A DNA stretch of 64,000 nucleotides, from assembly GCA_002633005.1 (NCBI GenBank), contig NMRA01000069.1, positions 34,203 through 98,202 of the forward strand. The letters are read 5' to 3'. Source of the stretch: Phoronis australis (taxonomy: Eukaryota; Animalia; Phoronida). Made by a program: the position numbers and the translations under genes. The number at the start of each line of letters is the position of its first letter. The first letter of the stretch is position 1. The notes under the pieces were generated by a model. It ran no database searches, was not told the origin of the DNA, and was given only the letters and a program-made list of their open reading frames with translations. Below, one piece after another: positions 27,173 to 39,619 of the stretch.

Positions 27173-30100
27173 TATTATTATTACAGTGGGTCATTTATAT
27201 CCCCTGGACTGTGATCCAATTTTATGTGTCACCCATGATTCTGTGTTTCCTGTTCATGTCTCATATAATGGTTTATAAACATGGCTTCAGTTTCTACATT
27301 CAGTTCACTTTTATCCAACAACATGTGACTACAGTAGCTTGCGACGAGGATGGTATTTCTCTGGGTTTTCAAGCAGTGTGGGGTGTGAAGTCTTTTCGGT
27401 TACCTTTGGTGATTTTCAAGGGCAACCAACTGCCATTCCTTGGCAAAAATTGATTAAGAGCGATGAAAGTGGACCTTGCATCAGTTTATGAGATTGTCAC
27501 CGACACAGTGTCGCATGACGAGGCTTGCTTGGCAAAATTATTGGCAGAAAATGATATTTTCACCTCAGGTGGAACTATTCAGGTTTACCATGGTACAGTT
27601 CGCATTGATCCACAGGCCCAACCAATTTTTCGCAATCCACGTCAGGTGCCATATGTTCTAGTAGATGCTGTAAATGCAGAAATTGATAGCTTGGTGGATG
27701 AGGACATTCTAAAACCTGTAGATTATTCCAGATGGGGGACACCATTAGGGAACATAGTCAAGTCCAATGGATAGATTAGGATGTGTGGGGATAACAAGGT
27801 GTCTATAAATAATTGCTTATATGAACAACAGTACCAGATGCCAACTCCAGAAGATCTGTTTAATGCTATCACTGGTGGTGGTGTTTTCAGTAAGATTGAT
27901 TTAAGTCAGTCCTTTCTGCAATTAGAAGTTGGTGCCCAATCGCGTAAATTGTTCACGCTTAAGACTTTGCGGAGTCTGTATGAACCACAGCGTCTACATT
28001 TTCCAGGGGGTTATGGAGTCCATGCTTCGTGGTATTAAAAGGGTCGTAGTTTATCTTGACGACATTTGTATTGTTCCCAAGTCTGTGGAGTCACATTTCA
28101 GAACATTAGGTTTGGCCTTTGCTAGACTCAAGCACCACGGGGTGAAGGCAAACCGGGCCAAGAGTGAGTTCATGAAGCCGAGTGTAGAATATTGGGGCCA
28201 CATTATTGATAAAACGGGCGTTCATCCCAAGCAAGAGAAGATTGAAGAAATCGTAAATGCCCCCAAACCCACGAATGTAAAGTTAATTAAGTTAAGTTTA
28301 TTGCGGTTTATGCGAAATATATGAAACATCCTACAGATAAATTGGCTACCATATTGCACCCACTGCATTTGCTTTTAAGAAAGGACACAAAATTTCAGTT
28401 TTCGAAGGATTGCCCAAGGGCGTTTTGCAGGTGCAAATCTACATCCGATGAGGTTTTAGTGCATTATGACACTCGCAAACCAATACTGTTGTCGTGTGAT
28501 AAGTTGGAAGTTGGTATCGGTAGTGTACTCAGTCATGTTATGGATAATGGCGATGAGCGGCCCATTGCCAAGTTGTGGTTAAGATTCTTCGACCCAAAAC
28601 TAGAATTCCAAAAATGGTATCTTCTCGACTTCAGAGATGGGCTTTGACTTTAAGTGGTTTTACCTGCGATGCTAAGTAAGTTCAGGGACTCTAAGGAACA
28701 TGGTAACGTACATTGCTTGTCTCGCTTACCATTAGAAGTGACTGATGTGGCCACGGAAACCGGTATTTTTCGAGTTTCGGATATAGGATGTCTACCCTTG
28801 AAGGCTAGTGATATTGCTATTAAGACTAACTCTGACTCAGTGTTGGCTCAAGACTATCAGTTCACTCTTAATGGTTGGCCTAGTATTCGTCCAGATGAGG
28901 ATTTGAGTTCATATTATACTCGCAAAAACGAATTATCGGTTGATAAGGGTTGTCTGTTAAGGGGCTTACGAGTTGCTATCCCTACTGAATCCAGGAAACA
29001 AATTTAAAGTGAACTGCATTTTGAACATCCTGGTATTTCCCGAATGAGGGCCTTTGCGCGTAGTCATGTGTGGTGGCCTAAGATTAATAAATCAATTGAG
29101 GGTGTTGTTAGTTCGTGTGATGCGTGTCTTCATTCACGCAACTCTCCTTCTTGCTTTAATTTGCCTTGGCCTCGGTAGACTAGAATTCAGCAACGTGTAC
29201 ATATAGATTATGCTGAAATGGAAGGACAGTACTTCATTATTATTGTAGACACCTATTCTAGATGGCTCGAAGTTTTCGCCATGACTAGTATTACTGCTGA
29301 AAAGACTATCGACATTCTGAGACGTATATTCGCGGCTTACAGTGTGCCTGAACAAGCAGTTTCCGATCATTAACCTCAGTTTACCTAGGCTGATTTTTTG
29401 CTTTTCTTGAAGTGAATGGCGCTAACCAAGTTTTAGTACCTCCTTACCATCCAGCCTCAAATAGTAGTGCAGAAAGAGGGGTTCAGACTATTAAGCAAGT
29501 TTTTCCGTCAGGTTCACGGTAACAAGACATAAAGTACTCTTAATTATGCAGTTTCTTGAAGAGTTATCGTAACACACCAAACAGTGTCACGGGAAAACTC
29601 CAGGTGAGTTATTTTTGAAACGAGAAACCAGAACTCGTTTTTCCTTGTCGAAGCCAAACCCCGCAGAGTCCATTGAATGTAAATCTAATCCTGTAAATGT
29701 TAGCGGTAAATTGAGAACTTAGGAAGTGCTGAACCCATAAACATCACATAGACCGGACGAGAGCCACTCAGATACATGCAGCTTGCGTTGTCAATATGAC
29801 GCCATATTGGAGAGCGCTACACAGGACAAAAATGGCGGAAAACACTGGGAGCCCTACGGCATCAGTCAGTCGTATGCCTGCAGCCAAAGAGTTAAGTTTT
29901 TGGTCCTGTCATGGATTCATATTTTCATTTGGTTCAGCCATGGAATTTAGTGGTGCGGCAACTAGGTTTTTATATCCTGCAACCATAGTTTAAGCGGAGC
30001 GACTATATGTGTTGTTTCTACATCAGTTTTGGTGATTGAGAACATAGAAGATCAATTAAAAGGTTATTATTGAACACCATATGCTGTTATCCAATGATGG

Positions 30101-33100
30101 TGCTGTTTGCTAATTATATTTAAGTAAATATTTGGTATTAATGACAATCATATTTAATTTTACTTGTACTGAAAAATAACATCCTCGAACTTACTCGCCA
30201 TCCATCCGGCGAAATCAGTACGTCCAAGTGAATAGTGTACTCTCTATCGAAAAATATACTGCTTTTAATAACTCATTTGTTAATACTGTACACTGTATGT
30301 ACTCCAAAATCAGATGTTCTCTGTTGTGTCAAAACAAACAAGTCTCTGTAAAATCTGTTCTTGATATTGGAAATTTTGAAGATTTGCACTGCTTGCTTAC
30401 GAGCTCTTTGCTTTGTGAGGAAACTTGCGCAAAAAGTAAAGTATGTAGTAACCAAAATATCAAACCTATACGTCTGAACTGCGCATTGAATCTTTACCTA
30501 AAATACAGAATTTCCCGAATAGAAATATACCCAACCGAGCCGATGTAGCATTATATATGACTCCGTGAAAAATGGCCCCGGTTAGTTTTTTCCCAGGGTC
30601 TAAATTTAATGTTAAGATTTTTCAGCAAATGAAAAATGACCCCACGTCCGTGAAAACCTGTCCTGTCATTATTCAACAGTTCTCCCGCAACACGGGGTTG
30701 GGATAGGCAGACAGCTTACGTGAGAAAAGAATTTATTTTAAATGTCTCGGTTGAGGGTCGCGCTGTACGTATATCAGATTAAGGGTGGGGATGGATAGGA
30801 ACCGAAATAATGGATGGGGTTTTAAGCTGATCTCTTTTTGAGCACAATTACATGGTGTGGGGATGCTACAAAACGCCAACAAGTACCCAATGCTTGATCA
30901 GGGGCACTTTACATGTAGATCCGTGAGAGAGGAACACCGAGTGTGAGAGAACAAGATCATTGCTCAAAGTATTCTTACAATTCTCATAGAAAACAACTTG
31001 ATCTATCATCGTCAATTTGGTTTTATTGTGTGGGAACAGCACCGTGGCACAACTTGTTGAAATAGTACATGAGAATCATTTACATTTTGAGAAGGGCGAG
31101 AGTGTCAGGTCCATTTTTCTAGATATAGCTTCTGCTTTCGACTGTGTCCCACACGACCTTCTACTTCACAGACTTCGATCCTATGGCATTACTGGTAATC
31201 TTTTAAACCTGATCACCTAATATCTCTCCGAAAGAACATACATTGTTCGTTTCGACGGCGTACTTTCAACTTAATCCCCTTGTGGATTTGTAAACGCATG
31301 TGTACCACAGTGTAGCGCATTGGGCCCTATTCTCTTCTTGGTTTATATTAATGACCTTCCTGATAACCTGTCATGTAGCACATACCTTTATGCAGGTGAC
31401 ACGGCGCTTTTTTACCCCTTCGCAGGGAGCAGCCCTGAATGTTGTTTGCAGCCTCAACACGACTTAAATAAACTCAACTATTGGTGACAAGAGTGGAGAA
31501 TGAATTTTAAAACAGAAAAAGCGTTGACCTTCTCCAAGTCTATTACTGCTCTCTTCCTTGTTGACCCGTCTTATGACCTTAAACTTAATGATGAAATCAT
31601 TCCTAGAAAACAGTCGCACAGACATCTGGGTATACTGTTAGACAAACTCTCATTCACCCCTTACGTTCGGGAGCTCGTACAAAAAACTCAGGAACTAGTT
31701 AAAAACAATTTAAGTTATAAAATGTTTGAACATAAACCAATGACATTTCTGAATTGCCCATCATATACTGATCAAGGTTATAGTTTTTGAATCACCAAAA
31801 TCGTCCAACTACAATCGAAGTTAAGACAATCTATTCTGTCCGAACGTATAAAATCGTACTGAGTTTGACTGTGTTCACATGTGATCGATTATAAGTCTGG
31901 TAGGTAGATTATCTGCGTGTTGTACTGCCAGACAAAAGACTATGGTCGGCAGTTAACAAAGGAGCTAGATGTTATCACACGCCCACAACCTCTGCACTGA
32001 GCGGGAGAACGCCCTAATGAGCTTTAAAAACCTGTCAATTATTTATATGACCCCAGTGAGGTAATTTTTCACAGTAGTTCACATTAAATTTAGACTCCAT
32101 TTAAAGCGATCCGGGTCATATTTTAATTTTACAAAGTTAACCCGGGTCATTGTTCAGCACTTAGTGAACAGGCTTATTGGAGCAACACAAAAGTGCGTCC
32201 CGTAAGCACACAAACGAATGCAAATCGAGCGCACAAGCATCTGTTCGTCCGTGTAATTCGATGATCGTATGTATGACTTTTGTGGTTCGTGCGCATGATT
32301 TTTTGTTCTGATGGGTGGCTTTGGAGTTCGTATGCATGATTCATGGATTCGTATGCATGATTCATGGATTCGTATGCATGATTCATGGATTCGTATGCAT
32401 GATTCATGAGTTCGTAGGTTGTTCGTGCGTAAGATGCAATGCTCGTGCTTATAATTTTATGGTATCCCTGAATGTATGTGTGAATATTTTTGACGAGTGA
32501 CGTCAGAAAGGAACTGTGTAGGTGAGGAGTGAATACGCTGGGATTGAAAACTCCGTTAGCAAAGAAGAATTCATCCTGTATGCACGATTCTGTTTTTCAT
32601 GTGGCGATAATTCAATCAAATAAAGTGGCCTTGCTGGATAGTAGCAAGCCATAGATGCACCTACGTCATGCCATCCAATCACACCTTTTTACTCGATCAC
32701 ATCTTAAGTATCAGTCCACGAATCCACCCACCACAGTCAGTTCAGCAAGGTGGAGGTCGGCTATTCAAAACCATGTTCAGTCTAATAAATCACATTAGGG
32801 ATGAGACAAATTGGGTGAAGTATGACACCAGAGTTTGGTGGTTTAGGAGATACTACGGAAGTTTTCTTGGGGGAAATGAGCAATTTCTTGATACGGAATG
32901 AGTCATTTTTGACTATCTTTTCTACTGCAGTTTCTGCTTCAAACCAGTGCTGTAGCAGTAAAATTAAAGTTAAGTAGGCCCCCGAAGCCCACCGTATCAC
33001 CTTGAGCACTGAACGTAACTTACGGTGCGTTGGCAGTATGTTTAAATGCAAAAAGGATGTTGGCTGCGCCCACCTGCGCCTACGCCCCACTACAGCACTA

Positions 33101-36100
33101 CTTCAAACAGAACCTTTTTTGAATAATTTTGATGTCAGGGTGGCCAACACATTTAGACGTTTGTTTCGTGATTTCTGACCACTGTACTGTTTCTTTTCCT
33201 TGGAATTGTGCAACTGATCTAAGTTTATGTTTCTGCATTTTCTTTATCATTATAGATTTTTGTTTGTAAATGGGTATTTATTACTGACATTTGAGCCCCT
33301 GTTGCAGTTAGGCTGGTTTTGTTCACTTGTCTTTCTACTTGGGCTGTAAACTCACATTCCGTCCAGGAGGTAAGTTTTCATTTAAACCATTCACCTCTAA
33401 ACCTTTCTCAATTTGTTCCTTATGCAGATGGGAAGTGATTTCTCAAATTTCAGCGAATTGACAGTTTGCTATTCCTCGAAACCATGATGTGTGCATAAAA
33501 TTACACACTGTTAGACAAGCCATCTTATAGAGCCTAGTCTTTAGCAAATGTATATTGCCCGTTCTTTCGAAATTCTGAAATTGTTCCAAAGTGACAAGGA
33601 AATAATACCTATTTCATGATAAGTTATGTAATAGTAGGCAGGTTTATGTCCACTTCAAATGATTTTTGTTGCAGTACCAAAAAGTCTTGGCACATTAGCT
33701 CTGGTTACTCTTTGCTTTTTGGTGAATTGACCATTTTATGGTTTCCATGAGTATTTTTTGTAAGTGGTCTAGTACAGTATGTACAACTGTAATCCCACAG
33801 CAATTGTAATGCATACCATGTTGCAAAAGTATTTTTCCATGACCATTCCATTGCAAAAATGCTTTCAAATTAGAACCGACAAGCCACCTCAAGTTTGTGA
33901 AGAAACTGTAATTCCTTGACTTTATGGGTTTTGTGTGGTTGACACTGCCCTATAGCAATTGGAGTGTTGAAAAGATGTAGACAGCAATTTTTTGTTAGTC
34001 ATTACATTTGCACTTTTGGCTGTGCAGTTATATTTGTATTGTGTTATGAAACATATTGTGTAATATGCAGGTGTTTGGTTGGTGTCTTATATCGTTTCAC
34101 AAGGAATATTTTCAACATAAATGTGCTGTCTATGAGGTAGACAACCTTTAAATGAGATAAGGAATAAAATTGTCAAACAGGGTTTGAACAGAACCTCGAA
34201 ATGGCATAACCGGCTGCATTGTAGTAAAACAACTAAATGAAGGTGGTAAATCGGAGTCTTTTTTCAAGACATCCGTGTAACTATCTACAGGCGCAAGTTA
34301 AGATTACCAAGTGAATAATAGTCCAATAGTTTACATTCAAGGAAAAATATAAGTAGTTGAAATTGGGCAGTTTTTACAGCATGAAAACATGGCTGCGAAT
34401 CCGTAAAATGTGTTTGAGCCTGTAACTTTGGTAGAACGTAATATTTTGGGGGAATATCTCACCACTGTTTATTGATCCCATAAGACTACCTGCTTGTCCA
34501 CTTTGGTGAAAATCGACTGTCCCCCACCTTGCCGCTGGATGGCTGGTGCTCTCGTGGACAAGCACTTATAAACTAACGTGCGGTGACTTTACAGGCTTCT
34601 TTATCAATCGTAGAACATTTGCACCTGGTACAACTCAAACGGCACGTGGTACAATCATCTATTGCTTGTCGAAATCGTTCAGTGGTTTAACTGTGCCAGG
34701 GCTAGCCAAAAGACCAGCAGCGTGTTATAAGTGGTCCATGCCACACTTTTGAACTCCCCATGTACAAAAGTTGGTCATCTGCTGGCAGATCTCATTAAAG
34801 TACTGATGATCAACGTCTTTGATTCGAATTTTAAATTGACTTGGTAGAGTATGTCAAGGACCTAGGAACGCTGAGGGGATATGACCATCAAATTTTGCAA
34901 TGTCAGAAGCAAGATTTTCTTGTGCGTGTAGCAAATAGCAAACGTGGTTGTGGGCCAATTATTACTGAGGTGCAAATGGTAGGTAGAGAAAAGTGTTGGC
35001 AAATGGAGGAAATGTCGTTCGTCAAAGTAAAGGTTTTGAAGACGTTGAGTCATGTGTCCCTGCTTGTTTTCAGCCTATTGTAAGAAATACCTGATTCACT
35101 CCAAGCTGATTCCAGTTCTCCACAAGATGGCTCTTGTAATGTTCTACTGACGGCACCATTTCGTATACATCCGCCCCAGGCTGAGCTGTGAATGATGACC
35201 CCGCCCAGAGGTCATACACACTTATGTTGTTAGCGCTGCTTCCTTTAAATACAAGGTCCCAGGTGTCTACAACATAATATACAACAAATATTCGGAATTT
35301 AAAAAAATGAAATATTCAACAGTTTTTTCCATAATTTGCAGTTTTTTTATTAAATATCACGTCGTCGAAATTGTCTTACAACTAATTTTTATATCACTAC
35401 AAAAATTGAAGAATTAAATAATTACAATGTGCAACTGGATATTTGGTTTCTCTAATGTGTTCGAACCTCTCCCCGCTACTTTTTCTGCATTTTAAGGGTA
35501 TGTATGACCCTACGAGAAAACTGTTCAATTTTGGCCAACTTCGAAACATCATATCCCACAGAGTGGTTGGTCAGACTTCCATGAAACTTTTTCTGGTAAT
35601 AATAAGCTTTATGTACTTGGTCGCACTCCAAAACGCTGTTTTGATTTTTTTCTAAGACGCTCCTTTTGATGGCGAACTATGAAATATTAGACATTTATGA
35701 CTTTAACGAAAACAAATCACAAGTTGCATAAAACAATAACGAAACAATATTTTAAAAATATATAGCAAAGTTTCTTAAATTTCACCTTAACGCTTAAGAC
35801 TAGTGATGTTGATACTGTTTTGCTCTGGGTGTACCGTTCCATTTCTCTAACTTTTACTAAGAGGACACAATAAGCGGTAGGCTGGAATATAGCCAAAAAT
35901 CAAACTGTGAAGGCTTGCTTTTTTTAGATTATACGTTTAATGGGCTCAATTCAAACGTTTTGTAGGTATTTCTTTAACAGAGTTGATGATAAGGTTCTGC
36001 TAAAGGTTAACGATAGGTTGGCTGGGATGCAGTTTTACTTACGGAAAAGACTTATTACCTTGGCGGGCGAATATGCGCCAACTGGTGTCTACCGTCTCGT

Positions 36101-36380
36101 ACGTCGCCAACCACTTGCAACTACTTATTTCACAAACTTGGTTCTTTTCACTGTAACTCAAGAAAGAGCAGCGCTGTAACAAGCATAGAGACGCACACCG
36201 CATCGGGGAAGAAATGAAGTTATATACACCATCCAGGAAACTCGGGAGGATTCTGTGACCAATGTAGGATAATTCCTGGGACAGTAGCACCTCATGTTTC
36301 TGCGGATTGGACACTGCTATGACACAGGACAGGCATAATGCCACGACGAGCGAGTGCCTTTTGCAACCTGGCATATTCAT
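19402..36380 (-). CDS. 5-exon gene 'B': predicted secreted 296-aa protein, signal peptide + PAN/apple-like domain + uncharacterised ~190-aa C-terminal domain
   Basis: Hand-spliced exons (minus strand): 36380-36059, 35266-35091, 23949-23795, 20612-20437, 19463-19402. All introns are GT..AG, phases 1/0/2/1 are compatible, and the total is 891 nt with no internal stop. Protein: MNMPGCKRHSLVVALCLSCVIAVS...SSPMRCASLCLLQRCSFLSYSEKNQVCEISSCKW...SWRIFARQ-D-TWDLVFKGSSANNISVYDLW...HYKSHLVENWNQLGVNQ-VKFAFFKDGNEVLTMEFEGENSNKLDWFSQDRLSNSSFIDL...-FPHRRFLITGAYGHCNTDEGWVAVLDGKGVCVWENR...PQFWYSK...-GPELGTADVMAIFVKTKYN*. Confidence 0.85.
20437..20612 (-). CDS. Gene B exon 4
   Basis: ttaaag|T TTT CCC CAC...TTA G|gtaaat; 176 nt, FPHRRFLITGAYGHCNTDEGWVAVLDGKGVCVWENRVSSYPQFWYSKARTKVNWNSAL; a paralog lies at 63691-63866. 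Confidence 0.85.
23795..23949 (-). CDS. Gene B exon 3
   Basis: ttgcag|GTC AAA TTC...GAA TC|gtaagt; 155 nt, VKFAFFKDGNEVLTMEFEGENSNKLDWFSQDRLSNSSFIDLNNVYKFIMLE; a paralog lies at 7164-7320. Confidence 0.85.
23983..26238 (+). mobile_element. Gypsy LTR retrotransposon, duplicate copy ending at an N gap
   Basis: LTR-like segment from TG at ~23983; PBS TGGCAACGAGGATGG (25017-25031, complementary to the tRNA-Ser(GCU) 3' end); gag missing; pol fragments with RT (VYLDD) and RNase H (CDAS). Confidence 0.8.
24193..24861 (+). mobile_element. RTEX-like LINE 3' end inserted in the Gypsy LTR (duplicate copy)
   Basis: ORF 24212..24709 with IEKGRH...ERICDICC...IEDEPHFMCRC zinc knuckle, then AATAAA and an (ATT/ATC)n tail at 24779-24861. 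Confidence 0.75.
26302..29720 (+). mobile_element. Gypsy LTR retrotransposon (degenerate pol: PR end, RT, RNase H, integrase)
   Basis: ORFs 27463-29007 (RT VYLDD). Integrase HHCC (HFEHPGISRMRAFARSHVWWP...CDAC) and core (RVHIDYA...IVDTYSRWLEV) lie at ~29010-29500. Frameshifts and stops are present; no 3' LTR seen. Confidence 0.85.
26512..27183 (+). mobile_element. RTEX-like LINE 3' end inserted in the Gypsy LTR
   Basis: ORF 26531..27028 is near-identical to 24212..24709; (ATC/ATT)n tail at 27098-27183. Confidence 0.75.
30955..31700 (+). mobile_element. CR1-like LINE RT fragment (same family as 7915-9567)
   Basis: STVAQLVEIVH...VRSIFLDIASAFDCVPHDLLLHRLRSYGITG; ~31175-31697 closely matches the reverse complement of ~9035-9565. 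Confidence 0.8.
32325..32416. repeat. 21-bp tandem minisatellite (TTCGTATGCATGATTCATGGA, ~4 copies)
   Basis: Direct head-to-tail repeats without spacers; source of the NHAYESM and HGFVCMI repeat ORFs. Confidence 0.9.
32945..33100 (+). mobile_element. hAT-type MITE (156 bp)
   Basis: TIR CAGTGCTGTAG / CTACAGCACTA; perfect 8-bp TSD CTTCAAAC. Confidence 0.85.
35091..35266 (-). CDS. Gene B exon 2
   Basis: ttgtag|AC ACC TGG GAC CTT GTA TTT AAA...AAT CAG|gtattt; 176 nt open frame (D)TWDLVFKGSSANNISVYDLWAGSSFTAQPGADVYEMVPSVEHYKSHLVENWNQLGVNQ. Confidence 0.85.
36059..36380 (-). CDS. Gene B exon 1 (signal peptide + PAN/apple-like domain)
   Basis: Lies within ORF 36039..36401. ATG at 36380 (alternative 36374), hydrophobic LVVALCLSCVIAVS, C-x3-C-x4-C-S-F-x-x-Y...C spacing typical of PAN/apple modules, donor CAAG|gtaata (phase 1). 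Confidence 0.85.
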
Positions 36381-39300
36381 TACTGCGACAACCACGACCA
36401 AACACAGCTACTGCACCACAATTGGGCCCGTCAGTTGTATTGACATTGTCGCGTATGGAGGGAATCAATGCATGGATAACTGTGATTACGTGGCAAGTGC
36501 TTTGCTTCGAGTTACTGCACGTCATCGTGAATTCTCAAGGTTGAACATCATAGGTCCTTCATTAATATGTGAAAATTATGTGTTACTTCGTTAGTACTGA
36601 AAAGAGCAAAGTGAACCACGATCTTATAATTTTTTTACTAAAACGGGCCTGCCACGGGCGCCGCCAAAGCGAAGTGCAGACTGCAAAGTTCGATAGGAAA
36701 CTGCTGATAAAAGAAAGATGATCGGTTAGTGTTTCTGTTAAGGTTGTAATGTCCAAATCTTGAGCACATATGCTCAGAATTCCTGATTCCGGTTATGACT
36801 GAAGTTAGTTAACGTTATGTGTTTCTCAGGAGGCCCTATTGCAGAGTCTGGTAATTAGTCTAAGCTGCACAAGCTTTTGATCCGGCTATTACAGTAAGCG
36901 AAGGTCTTCTAAGTTAGACGAGGTATATGTCTTCATGACTGTCTCGCTGGTAGCAGACAGACATTAACTGTTAGCATTATGTTTGTATGAAACCGTGTGT
37001 GTAAAATTCAAACTTAATAAACAACATAGTTATACAATTTGAAGGTTTACATTACAGCTGGTTTCTACTGCTTGAAAGTGTAAATTGTATTTATTTTCGT
37101 GTTCGCATAGAAATGGTGTTCACCATATCAACAACTTGACAGATCGAGGTCTCTAAAATCGTTTGTTTTGCAAATATTAACTTTGCGTTGAATTTAGCAT
37201 ATTATCATCCAAATTCCACCGATGCACAATTAACATAAGAACAAAAGAGTCCGCTGCATTTGTCCTCCTTACTTAAGGAATGAGTTTCTTCTGTTCATTA
37301 TGTTAATTTGCACTTTGTGATAAGTTACTTCATTGTAGAGAAGTTTGTATTTTAGAGACTAAGAATACGAATGATGTTGGCAATGGTGAACTACAGTAAT
37401 TCCTACTCGTGTTATGCAAATGTCGTTTTTCTCTGTCTCTGGAAACGTGTGTCTAACGAAAAAAGTTTGCTGTGGCATCTTTTGTTTTCTGATCGGCTAC
37501 GTTGAGTGCCATCTTCTGGTACACGGCAACAACTGGCATTCTTAAAAGGATACCAATTCCGGTTATGGCCTATTACCAAATCCCGAAAACGGCATTCCCA
37601 TTCTGTATTCTGAAAAAGTAATGGTCTGTAATCATCATCAACCCTCGTGAATTTGTAGAAAATTTTTAACAGTTATTGAAAGTTCTGCTGAACGGGCAAG
37701 CGTGACCTACGCTTTTAGCAAATTACACGGCAACTGTGAGAAAAGTCCACCCACTATGGACCACAATATCGAATTTGTAAGACAGGGAGTATGAGATTGT
37801 AGTTGAGTCCTGTCTTTAAATTTGAAGACTGACACGAATGACGCGCATTAGCTGGTAACAGAACGAGGATTGGTTGAAATCATCGAAGCAGAGTTTAATA
37901 TGGTTTAGGGATGAACTCTTAACTTACTTAGAGGCATACCTCAGTCGCAGTCTGGCTTTCAGACAAATGAATGTACAGAAGAATTACTGAAACACATCAT
38001 ATAAAGAAGAAACGTAACCGTTTACTTTTTTAAGATGAAGCAATGAGACAGCAGCACTCTTCAGGTTTCTTTTTGGCTGTAAAATATCACAACCGGTATC
38101 TGCTGAGTACAAGAAAACTAAGGCAGACTAAAATATAAGGATAGTGGTCAGCTATCACTGTCACTTTACAGTTTCGGGTTCTAAAAAGAAAAGCCATTGG
38201 GTTCAACAATTGCTAAATTAGACTTGTTCCCTTGATAGTTTTCGTAGTTATATTCCACGGTTCATTCTACCTTTAACACAATATTCCCAAAGTTTCCACT
38301 ACATGTAAGATAATAGCGAACTTTGTTATGGACGACCACCACTTTTTAGCCTGGCGGCGTTAACCACAAGGTCTAAATTATTGCAACAGTTACAGGCATC
38401 ATCAAGGTATTTGTTTCTAACTCAAAGTAATTTGAATGTATGAGAAGCTGAAGAAGTGAAGTAGTTTTACCCTGCCTAACATCCGGCCAGGGTTGACGTT
38501 TCATTAAATGCATGCAGGAAATTGGCCATTTGATCTATCACGACATGACATTTAAATTGTAGTTAAAATGACATGGTTTCCCCTTTATATCAACATCTAT
38601 TTAAGTGAATACGTCACTGACTCATGTTACGTAAAACAATGTGGAATCAATGAAACAGCGGCATACCCATTTCCTCCAGCGGAGATAACTTTCTGTTACA
38701 CAATTGTCCATTACGAAATCCGGCATAGTTCTTCGTCATTCAATAAATTTGAAAAGTCTGTAATTCAAATCTACATTAATGCGTGTCCTTATGAATGAAT
38801 GAATGAATCTTTTGACATTCTCCCAAAGAGGCTCTTACTTCGATCAGACTTACACTAATAAGGCAAGTGTATGGCAATTGATTAATAACATCATGGAAGA
38901 ACAATGAAGAATCTGTGAGACATGCCACTCAATAACATCACCAGGTAACTGCATAGTTAGTTACACAGAAGTAGAGCACAGATTTAATTTCCGGATTGCA
39001 AAGGCATCCCTGAGTTATTCAGCTAAATAACGTATGGAACTTCTTTCGAAAACATGAGACATGGAAATGCACAGTTCAAGAAAGATTTGGGATCTAGGCT
39101 ATATGTAGTGTGGAAAGCACCAAATAATTTATCTCTAAATAAGACAATTATTATACACAGCAATGAAGCAATGACTTATTGCACAGACTCTGTTCTACAA
39201 GGATAAAGCTATAAAACGCGACATTTCTTCTCTGAGTCAAAGACTTCCGCAGAGAAACTGGGAAAGAAATCATGGTAACGATCGTTTAAGTGGAAGCTTA

Positions 39301-39619
39301 AAGTTTAGTGCTCTTTCATAAGTATTTTAAAAAGTTTCTGGCGTTCTAAATTGGGGCGGTGAATGAATCTGATCTGACTAGGTATCGGCCAGTTGCCATT
39401 ACAGAATATTGCACGCTGTTCGTATCAAAAGAACTTTTATTCTGTACAAAGAGTATGTTTTAATTCTGAAGACAATTTTGTAGCAACCAATAATCCTAAA
39501 GAACACTCGACTTAGTAACGCTGGTGTCCTCCGAGAAAACGGCGTTGATACTTATTTTTTATTGCATCGCATTTACTATGCTGATGAAAGCCTCATATTC
39601 CCGCAAAAGTCAAGGATAT

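Larger units (their letters stand above)
23921..28558. repeat. Near-identical 2.3-kb tandem duplication across the N at 26239
   Basis: 23921-26238 matches 26240-28558 with only scattered substitutions and small indels. Confidence 0.9.

Noticed and set aside
32325-32416. CRISPR-like array or repeat protein
   Set aside because: 21-bp units are head-to-tail with no spacers, the context is eukaryotic and there are no cas genes; it is a minisatellite.
33100-33960. Possible Cys-cluster transposase relic on the minus strand (DYSCTYC...HGNHK)
   Set aside because: Too degraded; one short motif is insufficient.
36292-36594. Overlapping ORFs 36292..36525, 36307..36594 and 36338..36544
   Set aside because: Alternative-frame or antisense shadows of exon 1 and its upstream region; no recognisable motifs.
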